From assembly GCA_000320545.1 (NCBI GenBank), contig ADNK01002208.1, positions 1 to 64,000 of the forward strand: a stretch of 64,000 bases of DNA, in the 5' to 3' direction. A program made the position numbers and the translations under genes. The stretch comes from Bigelowiella natans CCMP2755 (taxonomy: Eukaryota; Protista; Cercozoa). The notes beneath the pieces are model-generated. The model saw only the letters and a list, made by a program, of their open reading frames with translations. It did no database searches and had not been told where the DNA came from. Below, piece after piece: positions 12,831-25,516 of the stretch (position 1 is the stretch's first letter; each line of letters starts with the position of its first letter).

Positions 12831-13333
12831 AGTCGTGTTGGTTGCAGCAGGGGAGAGGAGCTTTGATCAACGTGGGGGGACGTAGACGTTTGGATTCTGG
12901 TCGTTTCAGTGAGCGGATATCAGAAATAGCCGGCACGTGCGAAGATTTTCTGTGCTGGTGTCGACAGATGACGTGTGTACCACCTGGGAACCCTCTTCGG
13001 AATTTCCAAGAAGATTCCGAGAATATTAAGATAAGGGAATTTTGCCCAAAACGCAGCAGGCGATTTACCCAGACTAAAAGAGGCCAAGAGCGGCCAGAGA
13101 AATCGGAGAACTACTGCGAAATTCCAAAAAGGCCTCCGAGCGAATCCTCGACGGATTCGAGTTGAAAAGCTCGTCGCAAGGTGGTTGAGTGAGGATGATT
13201 CTCACATCGAAACAGCCATACTCTAGAGTAATGTCGCAGATACAAAATCACCTCCGTTTCTCCAAAGTCGGTTAATTTGCCGTGGAGCAGCTCTTTGTTA
13301 CTAACTCTCACTGCCACAGTGTTGTTGAAGTAC

Positions 13334-16300
13334 ATGATCAGACCGAGTAGTGCCTGGGTCGCCGCCCTGCGCTCTCGCCCTTCGCTCCCACTATGGAGTC
13401 GTGCACTCCAGGGCATCAGGCGGTTCAGCGGAAAGAGCCCCCGTCAAATATATTCGGAGTTGGTGGCCAAGGGCAGGCTGAAGGAGGATCCCTCGCAAAT
13501 TGAAGCACTGCACCTCATCGAAGATCTCCACACTGCCGTCCGTTCAATTGCAACAGTTTTCTTGCCTCCTACCTCTGAATTATCGAATAACTTGATCTCT
13601 GATTACTCCTCACAGGTCACAAAGTACAACCCGCCGAGTTCGAAAGAAGGTCGCTGCCAACGCTACACCCAAGAATATAGGCGTTGGTTTACTGTCTTGT
13701 AAATTTAAGGTAAATCTTCCGGAGGGGGTTGGCTTTCTTCAATATTTGGCTCAGGTATCCATAATGTAATATTTGTGCTAAATGGCGAGAAACCTAAGCA
13801 CACGGTTATCATTGTCAGGAGGATCGTCTTCCGTCAGAGGGGCTCCACGAGGTATGTGCATCACCACCGTATTTAAGCTATTGTAACAGGAATGCCTCAC
13901 CGATGATCTTACTTCAGGATTATACCTGTATGGAGGCGTTGGCTGCGGGAAAACGATGCTGATGGATATGTTCTTCGATTGCGTGGGTAAGCCTCATGGA
14001 AACGTTGACGGCTGAAAATTCGAGTTTGGACCGACGACAACTGTGATATCTTACTACCATACAGAGAGCGAGCGAAAACGTCGGGTGCACTTCCATGCGT
14101 TCATGCTAGACCTACACAAGTAACGCGTTATTATTACCCTCTGACATGCTAAAATGTAACCACACACCTACCACTCTATTGCTCCCTACTTCCAAGTGTT
14201 TTCATTCCCGTATTAACACGAATAACAACACCACCCACTTTGGCATATGCAGGAGGATGCATGAGCTACGCTCTGCCGATATAAAGGGGGACCCTATACC
14301 CCACATAACGCAAGTACGATAGAGTCTTATTCATAGTATTCGCAAACGCAAGTTAGTTTCTCTCTGGCCCGCCCTTCAAGTCTTGATAATGCATATTTCA
14401 GGAAATAATAGACGAGTGTTGGCTGTTATGCTTTGACGAATTCCAGGTACAATCTGACGAGTTGTCAAGATCTGCCATGTCGCTACTTTCATAGTTGCAA
14501 CTGTGAAAGTGTCAGTGACGTCGTCGCTGTGTGATAAACCAGGTTACCGACATTGCAGACGCGCTGATAATGAGACGGCTCTTTGATTCCTTATGGTATT
14601 GCTGCAACATCCACTACTCTTCCAAGCGTGATATCCCAGCGTCCAAATCGATGAAATATGAATGTCGTATCAGGGAGAAAGGCCTAGTCATGTTTTGCAC
14701 AAGCAACCGCCCCCCGAGCGACCTGTACGAATCGTAGAAGAAGAAAATGTTAAGACCAGTCTATGTTTATGATTTGAAATACAATGAAAGGAAGGGAACA
14801 TGCAAGAGGAAAGTTGTATCATTTGTGCATGAAAGTTGATTCTACGCACACGCAGAGAGAGGGGGGGGGGAGGAGGGGGAGAGGAGAGAGAGAAAGTGAC
14901 GAAATGATTTGAACTATCATCATCATCATCAGCAGCAGCAGCAGCAGCATCATCATTACTCGGAAATAATATTAACTATAATAAGGTATTACAACGGGAT
15001 TCAGCGGGAACTTTTCGTCCCGTTTATCCACGAATGTGAGGTAAGAAAGAGAGCAGGGTTCCAACCACCACCTCTATTCAATCCGCAAGTATAGACTGAT
15101 GAGCAATGCCAGGCAGAGATAGCTTGACGACACTTGCGAGAATAACATAACCCCCCCTCTTCCTCCTCATGCCCATCCTCCCATCCTCCCCAATTTCCGT
15201 GACCAGGAGAGATGCCATGTGCACCATTTATTGTCCCCAACGGACTACAGACTGATGGTAATAGTGTCATGCATGGGGAAGAGAGCGGGGGGGGGGGGGG
15301 CAATCTCAAGAGATCCACAGAAAGACGTGTTATTTTTCAAATAAAGGAAGTATATGGATCTATTCCTATTCCTATAGTGCATCATGATTGATGGAGGTGC
15401 CTTCATCATCGTCATCATTACCACCATCATCATATTACTGCTGGATACAAGAATATATCGTTCTTGTCATGTCCCTTGTCATTGTTGGTGTCATCGTCAT
15501 TGTCATTGTTGTTGTTGCTGCTGCTGCTGCTACTGCTGCTGCTGCTAGGGCACGCAAGCCTCCGTCTACGTGTCCCCGCTAAACAAATCAACCGCTCACT
15601 TTGCAGACCAGTTGTTTACGAGGTAATGATGGTGACGACGATGATGAAAATGGCGATGAAGGGTGTATATACATTCCTTAATATATCACTAGGTTTAAGC
15701 ATGGCTAAATATTATCTAAAACCACCCACAATGGTTTGAGAATCCTCCCCCCCTCCCCCCCCTGCTCCTCCTTGTCAGGCTAACGAAAACAGATCCAGGT
15801 GTTTCCCCCAAAGAAGTGGAGTTAAGGGGAAGGACGCTACAGGTGACTGATATGAACCATCATTGTCATCACCCCCACCAACACCACCACCGAAGATAGA
15901 TGCAGAGTGCCATTCCTACGAGCACGTCGAATTGATAATACCAATTAGTCAGCTCCTTCGTTGAAACCGACCAATGCGTTGCCGCGGTTGATGATACACA
16001 CGCACAAATATGTCTAAAAATGGCATGCCTGCGCTACTATAAGGTGTCCATGGGCAGTTTTCGCAACGGCGTAGCGAAATTCACTTTCCAAGTAGGTTTA
16101 AATAATCATAATAATCATAATAATCATAATAATCGTAATATTAATATTCTTTAAAGTAACTTAAAAGTCGGAATAAAACACCACCACCACCACCATCATC
16201 ATCATTATCATCACTGCTGCCGTCACTTTCACCACGGCGTGTTATGGAGTGAATTGCCTCAAGGCTACTGCTCTGCCGACATCTGATCCGTAGTATATCA

Positions 16301-16990
16301 CCCCCCACCCCCGTTCATTGCCCTTCAATTTTCTGCTGCTGATGGATGGTTGGATACTACTACTAACTACTACTACTACTACTACTACTACTACGTGTGT
16401 GTAGGAGCTGTGTGCGATGCCAAAAGGCGCCGAAGACTTTATTGCAATCTGTGAGAAGTTCCATACGGTATTAGGAATAACGTATAGTACTGCTTTAAAA
16501 AACCATGAATGCATCATAGCGAAGAAGGTGATACTGTCGGTCTGGCATCGAGTAATTGTGCTGATATCTCTCCCCCTCCCCCCCCCCCCCCTCCCTCCCC
16601 TCCTGGCTTTTGTTGCAGATTTTTGTACTCGACGTTCCTCGACTCACCCGAAATGAGATGAATCATGTAGCAGCAGCAGCATTAGTAGTAGTAGTAGTAG
16701 TAGTGGTAGTAGTACAAGAAGAAGAGGAAGCTGTGGCGGCAAATGCACTTGTCCCAACGCGCAAATACCATTCATTCACGCCCCATTCCGTTTCTCTCCT
16801 CGATGGATGATCCCATGCTCATAACTGCATATATTAAGCAGCACTGAGCTCATCATATCGCCACCATAAGAGTCGTACGTAGTCTTATCGTTGTTGATCT
16901 TCGTTTTTTAAGGTCCGGAGGTTCATCACCCTCGTCGATGCCATGTACGAGAGACGGGTATGTTCCTAGGCTTTGGAGCACGGGGAGGGG

Positions 16991-17033
<43 letters not shown>

Positions 17034-17657
17034 GCATCGCGTTGCGTCTATATTGCGCAACTATTGAAAGACGGAAAGAGTCCGTCTTATGATTGACTAG
17101 TGTGCGGTAGCTCGAGGCCATCACCATCACCACCACCATCATCATCATCATCATCATCATCAGGTCAAAGCAGTGATTACTGCAGACGCTTCCCCCTTGG
17201 AGCTGCTACAATCTGACGGTAAAATAATAAGAACAGCGACTGCGAAGACTCTCCGATTTGATCGCCAACAAAGCTGTGCCTTTTGAGCGCCAAGAGGCTA
17301 GCTAGCAGCATTTTGTAGAGCTTCATTCGTTTCAGCTGCCATTCTATGGCTCATCACTGTTGTACTTATTGTTAAAAGTATCACCGTCTATGTATTAGAA
17401 CGAAGCTCTAAGTAAAGTGAGCTGCTGCTTGTCCTCTCACATCCCCCCCTCCCCCTCCCCCACCTCCCCCTTCCTCCCTGCGCGATGAAAAGGGGGCCCT
17501 GAGGATGAGTTATTCGCATTTGATCGGACTGTTTCCAGGCTGACAGAGATGCAAAGCTTGGAGTAATAATGCCACGACGTCGTCATCGTCATCATCACCA
17601 CCATCATCGTCTTTAGTTCTGTGTGTTTTTAGCTAAGATAATTTGTGTGTTGTGTGT

Positions 17658-17696
<39 letters not shown>

Positions 17697-18583
17697 ATGC
17701 TCCCAACGGCAGGTACCTCGCAAATGCAGGGCTGAAGTCTTCAAAATCGCTAACATCGATTCTAGGAGGGATTTTGGGGTAGTCAAGCATTTGTCGCGCA
17801 AACACCGATGTTGGTGCTGCTGTACGTCAACGAAGTAGGAAGAAATGGGGCGAGACGGGAGGAGGAGAAGGAGGAGGAGGAGGAGGAGGAGGAGAGATAG
17901 GAGGGGGAGGGGGGCGGGAAGATGTGGAGATGGAATAAAGATGAAAAGGCGTTTGTGAGCAGAGCAGTCCGGCTGCTCTCTAGCGTCTCCCCTCTCTTGT
18001 TTATAAGAGGAAATGTAGAAGGCCGTTTGACCTCACACCACTGTGTTGATGCTACTACATTAGCAGTAGCACTGACGGGAACAACATTAAGTTGTCTTCT
18101 GACCAGAAATCGGATCTTTGGGATGTCTACGATGGTCAGCAACCCCACACCTCATTCTCTCTGACAATTATGTTTGGAAGAAGGACAACTAGCGAGTGTT
18201 AGCCCTGTTGTGACGACGAATCTGACGACTAAAGTTGAACTCTGAATAATCACTCCTACAGCCGACTTAAATGGCGAGATGACGATATTAGAGGCAGAGG
18301 TAAAACGTGTAATGAGGGGGAAAGAGGGAGGGGCTGGAAGGGGCTACGGTGCTAAAATAGAAGCTACTACTACTACTAGTAGTAGTAGTAGTAGTCTACC
18401 AGCACTCCTATTTACTGCTGTGAGTACGAGCAGCTCATATTAGTATATATGATATATGTATATAGATCCTTAACTGCGAAATGCCTTCTCGTGTCTTCTT
18501 CTTCCTTTTCTTCTTCTTCTTCGTTCAGGATATGATGCGCGACATCTGCGTCAAGCTCAACGGCTATACGCATCTCAGCGGTG

Positions 18584-18625
<42 letters not shown>

Positions 18626-18677
18626 TCTTGAGTCATAATTGATCATACAGGCATTGCAACGATAGATACCGCTCACA

Positions 18678-18713
<36 letters not shown>

Positions 18714-19204
18714 GCTATTTCTGCTACTACTGATTGACACGCACAGCAAGAATAATTGCGAGTAGTATCACCATCCATGAGTGCGTCGTACTGCTGCGTA
18801 CGCTCCCCCACCGTTGAGTAAAAGTTCTTTTGTTATCAACCAGAGCAACAGGTTAGCGACGGGTATGACTTGCTGTCGGGGCCTACAACTTCCACTGTAT
18901 CAATTACGGAGTTCCAGGTATTACTATTATTACTATAATTTATTATTATTATTAATAGTAATTATTATTATTAATAGTAATTATTATTATTATTATTATT
19001 ATTATTTTATTATTTTATTATTGTTTGGCATGTTCTCTGCATGACTTCTGCTAGCATCCTATGGCGTCGCTTGTTGTGTGCAATCGCCGTTTTGTGAACC
19101 GTATCCGTTGCATCATCAATCACTACGTGCAGGCGAATCTTGAGGCCCTTTTGGAGTTTCTCAAAAGCGCGGAGTGCCAAGGCGGCTATCCAGGAAATGA
19201 TTAA
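13334..19204 (+). CDS. AFG1L: AFG1/LACE1/ZapE-family ATPase, about 20+ exons, with probable C-terminal EF-hand extension
   Basis: Spliced motifs GLYLYGGVGCGKT (Walker A), RVHFHAFM, LLCFDEFQVTDIADA (Walker B), TSNRPPSDLYYNGIQRELF, RRFITLVDAMYE and FAFDRTVSRLTEMQS. Mitochondrial-type leader. The core ends at TAG 17782 if unspliced, or continues to TAA 19204 through the donor at 17779. Confidence 0.9.
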
Positions 19205-19740
19205 CAATTTCAAAGGCGTAAGACGGGAATTGCTGTGCCAAATCACGCGCTCAGGCTACTCTCTGCAATGATGGTTTTGACTATCTGATGAATAGACAAA
19301 GCAGTGCTATAGTGCATATGATGAGCATTGGTATATTATTTTCATCTGATAACCGTGATTGTACCAGAGGAGCGGTACAGGATCCATGCGTGCATATTAA
19401 TACACCAACAAAGTCCATATGTGTGGCACGTGTTGCTGCATGCAAGTCAATGCGGTAGATGACTGATTGTGCGATTTCAGTGCATTGGCGATTAAGCGCT
19501 ATGGTGACCTGTACGCACATATGTCGATCTTTGAAATAGCTTGATTTCTTGGCTTCACAAGCTATGTGTCAAGCCGCCCGATCGATGCATGCTTGCATGC
19601 TAGCATGGTGTGTGTGCATGCACAGCAACAACACTCAGCGACTTTGGTGCTGCCAGGCATCTGCGTGCGTGCCATCGCCATGACGTACAGCCACGTCGCG
19701 GTGGGAAAAAATGAAATGATAAAATATGTGCATGCAACTT

Positions 19741-19819
19741 TAGCGCTGTAGCCGCTGCATTGCACAGCTACATCAGGACGACCATTGAAAAAATTTAATT
19801 CTTCATTACATCCGTCTCA
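19741..19819. mobile_element. Partial copy (right arm) of the MITE-like element at 42570-42857
   Basis: TAGCCGCTGCATTGCACAGCTACAT..ATTTAATT..TTCATTACATCCGTCT is shared with about 42783-42856. Confidence 0.7.
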
Positions 19820-19972
19820 TATTTGCATGCCACGCCTATTAAAAATTATTTACATTAATGATTTTTTGTACGTTAATGATAATTTATCACAGTCGTCAAC
19901 CGGTACGTGTGCACGAACACATGCGCGCTGCTGCTATGTGGTCTTAGCATAGTAGGTCAAAAGCTAGAGCTG

Positions 19973-20077
19973 TTAGCTCCACTGAGTGAATTTCGGCTCG
20001 TAGTTTTTTGCTGAGTCAGATAGTTCTCGGGCGACATAAATCTTAATTGACCGCACACTAGCTCTATTTCCGTCCTA

Positions 20078-20115
<38 letters not shown>

Positions 20116-20196
20116 TATATTATTTGTGTATTTATAAATACTGTATTTACACACGCGTATGCGGTGCAGCGCAAGTCTATCACAATACCCCCCACA

Positions 20197-20241
<45 letters not shown>

Positions 20242-20732
20242 ACAAACACACCTCTTTTTGAAACATTGTGGTGCCCCCCCCCGGCATCCTGAAAATCACA
20301 GCAGCAAGTAGCAGCATCAGTCGTGTCGGCCATCTTTCCAACGCCATTTTCCCTGGATCTCTCCCGACAGGTATCTGAATAATGGCGAGTCGGTGCTTTG
20401 CTATCTGGTAGAGTGCATTTCTTCCCCCACCTTTGATAATAGCTTCCAAGGCGTGATATGGCCTCTTTAGTGTCCAGATTCACCTGCGTCGTGATAAGAG
20501 CATTCCACCAATCAGCAGCACCTTCTCACGTCTGCGACATCGTAACGAAGTAGCAGGTAGTGGGCAAGATAGGAGCAACGAGGCAGGAGGATTATGTGTG
20601 CCGTGTGTCCTTCAGCATGGCTGCTTTGTGTGCGTAGCTTTGTCACTCGCACCACAAGGCGATGCTCATCACTGCTTTCACTTCTCCAAGAACGCAACAT
20701 TTTCTTTTAAGACATGTATCTTAATAATATTA

Positions 20733-20774
<42 letters not shown>

Positions 20775-21648
20775 GTGTGTGTGTGTGTGTGTAGCAGCCC
20801 TTACTCGGAGTCCATCAGGTCCCCATTGCGGGCCCATCCCTAGAGGCGGAATGCATCATATTATTCAAAGATCATGATGATCATCGATCATCTCATCATC
20901 ATCGTCATCATCATCATCATCATTTTGCTCTTGTTCTTCTTCTGTTTCTTCCTCGTGCCTGCTTGGTCAAGAACTGCCATGCTAGGTCCTCCGATCTAAT
21001 CGGTTATGAGTCATCATCGTCACAACAATAATGAGAACACTAAATCCAAGTTGCGGCACAACTCACCTCAATATTATTAATATCGGCGAAGTAGAAGGGA
21101 AATGGCTCTAGCATTGCTACTTCTTCTTCTTCTTCTTCTTCTTCTTCAAACGCAACCATCCATACACGCACACGCACACACACGCACGCACACACACACA
21201 CACACCAAAGCGGCCATAACAGAGACATCATCATCACCTTAGGCAGTTTAACAGCTTCCTTAGACGAGTCGCCATCAACCCTAATAACGTGGAGAAGGGG
21301 GGGCAGAGGCAACGACGATAAGGCCCATTGCTCGATTGTGTCGTATGTCGTTGTAGAGGCAGGTAGGGTACTCGTTTGGTTGGTGAATCTTTGGAAGGTA
21401 AGGCACTATAATGATAAGATTTCTGATGCTGCTGCTGCAACTTAGTACCATACCATGTAAACAGGAACGCTGAGATACACTCCCTGAAGTCGCCATATCC
21501 TACAACAGACAGCAGCGCCGGCACCGATGATGATGATGATGATGATGATGATGGTGGTGATGATGAGGATGATGGTGGTGGTGATGATGATGATGATGGA
21601 GGGGCAGGGGTGAGAGTGGGTGAGGATAATGACGAGAAGTTTAAGAGA

Positions 21649-21691
<43 letters not shown>

Positions 21692-22249
21692 GGAAGAAGA
21701 AGAAAAAAATCTCTTCCATTTCCTCCCTCAGATATGAAGACAGAACCTCACCACCGCCTCTCATATTGCAATACACCTCTCAGCTATTGAAGTAATAAGA
21801 AGGGGGGTGGGGGGGGGGGTTTGGTGGTGGCTCTATTGAGAATGATATGTATAGGTACCGAGCCATCCTGCCGGGTTGTAAGCTCCTGATGGTTATTTGC
21901 ATGGAAATGATGTTCAAAGAATGTAGGTGAAGAAGACATAGAAGATGATGATGATGATGATGATGATGGTGAAGAAGAAGAAATTGGGTACTTCTGCTTT
22001 GATGAGAATGTGTGCATCTACGACCGAATATTGTTCCTGAATCTGTTTCTCCAACCAGCACGGCTGCGTATGACCTGATGAGAGACGATTGCAACTATAA
22101 TCATTGTCGCTGCAAAAGTACGGTTGGTGACGGGGCGGACAATTGCGGAATATCTATTCTTTGTGTTTGCTCTCCCACCCGTCCATCGCTGTGCGAAAGG
22201 CTTTGTTTGACCATCCTGATCATTATTTATTCCGATTATTCACACACAC

Positions 22250-22292
<43 letters not shown>

Positions 22293-22869
22293 TTTATAAT
22301 ATTGACGGCACTAATATCGACGGGTTCGCCTTGTCGCGTTGCATTTTTATGGTTATTATTGCAAAACTATAGACATTGAACATCTCCACTTTCCCACAAA
22401 AACCGCTAATCATCCTCTCCATCATAAAAATGCTCTACTACTACTCGCACCACTCAACTACCATCTCTGTCCGCATCGTATGCAAGGAGTAGAGGCTGCT
22501 TCTCAAGAATCGTCTGAAGTAAGTAGCATAGTAGTCGTGTACCATGAATGAGAAAGAGATCCCATATCGATAGCAAACAATCGTTCAATCGCAAGTGCCG
22601 ACACTGCACGCGCGCGCACGCACGCACACCTGCTTTAGATATGGCCGAAATGCCTTAACCTGGTATTGATAAATAATCGGAGATTTAGTGTGCTCAAAAG
22701 ACAGTGGAGAAGAAAAGGATGATATAGCGAGAGATGTCGGGTCAATGACGATAGAACATACTTCAGGAGGATCCTCTGCAAGTGCCTCTCCGAGCTCCTG
22801 ATTCATGATGACAAAGTTGTTGTTTTCGTACGACGACACGACATATGCATACACGCACGCACACAGACG

Positions 22870-22903
<34 letters not shown>

Positions 22904-22938
22904 CACACAAACACATCGCCTGCCGTTTTCAGGTGAGA

Positions 22939-22981
<43 letters not shown>

Positions 22982-23898
22982 ATCGCCTGCCGTTTTAAGG
23001 TGAAAAGCAGCACCAGCATGCCGAGAGATTGATGGCAATACAGAAACATGGCGGACATTAAAGGACGAATAAATCTCACGAACAACACACTGAAAGAGTA
23101 GTAAAAACAAAGGACCTGTGTGGGAGGCCATAGATCTGGAAACTATTGATTATTTTAGTGGTAGTAGTAGTAGTAGTAATCAGTAATAGTTGAGATATGC
23201 AACGGCCACACACATGAATGGTGGACTGACATCCAAGAAAAACCATTGAATAATACTCGAAAGAAAAGCTTCGGTTATTGACCTCTTCCACGGTGGCTCG
23301 CTTGAGACCGAGAGGCTCTGGATCGTCCCTTGCATCCTTGCCTAAACATCAGCAGGAGCGAACGTATTATAGAAGGAGGGTTTTTAGTTTGTTCGCAAGG
23401 AGTGCTACTGCTCGATGACTTTGAATTTTAGAGCTTCCATCGATCATCGATCGACCAAGAGGAGCGATCAAGGGAAATGCACGAACTACCGAAAATGTTC
23501 GTGAAGAATCTCGTGATCGGGTCCGCCTCATCCTCATCATCCTCCTTCTTCCCTTGCGGGGCGACATCTCTGGGGGATAGGCTACGCTGAGTATTTCCTC
23601 CACGGCTCGTTGCAGAGCGCCCTCTCAAAAAGTGTTGGCTCGGTGTTGTCAGCTTGAGGCTGCTGGCCCTGCTCTTGCTGCTCTTGCAGCTTCCGGAGCC
23701 TCCTGGCATGAATGTGTATGCGCCTCGTGGAACACTCCAAGCCCCTCTTATGGCATTTGGCGACACGCCGCTATGAGCAAACAGGAGGAAGGACAAGATC
23801 AACGCACTCGAACAAGCAACTGCACGAGCAGCCCTCCTGCGAAGGGGGGGGAAGGGAGGCTGCTCCTCCATGGACGCCATGGCGACCGATGCAACCAT
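19973..23898 (-). CDS. TLDc-domain protein, probably plastid-targeted (At1g32520-like), about 15 small exons
   Basis: Spliced motifs LAYDADRDGWSNKAF, TIFGAYNPAGW, AFLFTW, KLPKIGGPSMAVLD, GPQWGPDGL, AISRLGSYY and SIKIYV, with stop TAA at 19973-19975. The N-terminus has a hydrophobic segment followed by a Ser/Arg-rich transit-like region. Confidence 0.85.
22908..23011. repeat. Intronic duplication of about 33 bp separated by (CA)n
   Basis: ACACATCGCCTGCCGTTTT(C/A)AGGTGA(G/A)AAGCA occurs at about 22911 and 22978. Confidence 0.85.
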
Positions 23899-24555
23899 GA
23901 GAAGTAGTCGTGTCGGTTAGTGGCGGCGCCTCTCTCTTCTCGTTGATGAGCACGATTTTACCCAATTTCTTTGTCGTTTATAACCTGCGACAACCCTTTT
24001 AGGGCAATTTACCGAAAAGAACGCTCCTTCTGCACCGGCCCGAATATCAGCCTTTTTCACCAATGCTGACATCTTTCCGTTTTGCCCTTTTTCCCCTCCT
24101 ACGACATATTCTTTGGATATTTTCGAGAGAACTTGCAGGGCATTTACGCGTTTTGCTCCAGGAAAAAGCTGCATGAGGGACTGAGAACTCAATTCCGACC
24201 GGTGCGATAAGGGTTGTGGGAGGGGGGTCTCATCCTCGCGCGCTGATTTGAACCATAGCAAGGAGCGTCTGTGATATCCAATCGTCCATTCATTATCTTC
24301 TGTCATCGTCAATATGTTAGGTGACCGTTGAAGGGTTCTACGACTGGCCTGAAAGTGAGCTGCGGCACCTCCAACAAGAACTACCCTCCACACACGAGAA
24401 AAGCGAGTACAATAGTCGTAATAATAAGCTTCTCCACACTTGAATAGAGCAGCAGTAAATGGTCTACGCCTTTTTATAGATACGATAGAGTTGTTGGGTA
24501 GCAGCAGCAGCAGCAGTAGCAGCAGCAGGTGCTACTACAAAGCACACGAGGAAGA

Positions 24556-25282
24556 ATGGAATCGGGCCCGCCTCAGTACTCAGAGGAAAACCATCACAGG
24601 TCATGGTGGTTCGTCAAGTATCTCGGGTATGAGAATGAAAGAGAGGCACAGGAACGGCAGAGGCGATTGGAAAGAGAAAGAGAAAATAGACTGAGGAGCT
24701 CTATTGAGAAAGAGCTGGAGGAGAGTGGATGGAACGACTCGATGAATATTGACTCGAATGAGGTCTTCGCAGCTGTAGCAGAGTTTTACGTGCTTGGATT
24801 AAAAAAACAATTGCCATTGATTATTCATAAATGTTGTTCTGCCCTTGACATCTAACATCGTTTCTTCTTATTCAGAATTCGCCTCTCCAAGAGTACAAAG
24901 CTGGTTACGGAGCTTATTTAGGAGAGTTTCCAGGCTTTCGAACAGGAATCGACGACTTTGACCCCAATAGCCCAACTTCAATTATGTGTTGTTGTTGTAT
25001 TTGCTGCCGTCGGTGTTGGAGATCAGCTTGTGTGCCCTGGTACTTTACAGAAACAGATGACGACGATGATGTGATGATGATGATGATGGTTATTCTAAAT
25101 AGTCTTCTCATTGTTGCTCTCATTTCAGCATAGCAAAGTACTGCTGCTGTGCTTGCAGCACCGCCAGGGGCGACGGCGGAGAAGGAGATCCAGTACAAAG
25201 TAGTTACAGAACACCGTTGGCCTCTATTTTCTGCGTGTGTGTCTCGAAAAATGAGAGGAAGAAGCTGAGGGAGTATTGGTAA
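24556..25282 (+). CDS. Hypothetical small 3-exon protein (coiled coil plus Cys-rich C-terminus); start uncertain
   Basis: Phase-compatible GT-AG exons give MESGPP..WWFVKYLGYE..RQRRLERERE / NSPLQEYKAGYGAYLGEFPGFRTG / IAKYCCCAC..LREYW*. Confidence 0.45.
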
Positions 25283-25346
25283 CAGAATGCCTCATGCTGC
25301 CTCAAAATAAGGACATTATCAAGATTTATACTTATGAGCTTCGTCA

Positions 25347-25392
<46 letters not shown>

Positions 25393-25516
25393 CTAACTTC
25401 ATCGCATAGAAATATTCTAACCGATGCTTTGAATCTCGCAATATTTCACAATTTCGGATTGATATTTTGCAAGTTTGGGTCCGGTGTTGCGACATCTATG
25501 AAAAGGAAGTTTCCCT

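Noticed and set aside
17783-18164. ORFs 17922-18164 (+) and 17783-18148 (-), and possible stop-codon readthrough of AFG1
   Set aside because: Better explained as a (GGA)n-containing intron plus an EF-hand exon in another frame.
23917-24393. 158-aa minus-strand ORF upstream of the TLDc gene
   Set aside because: Non-ATG start, no motifs, and it spans a divergent promoter region.
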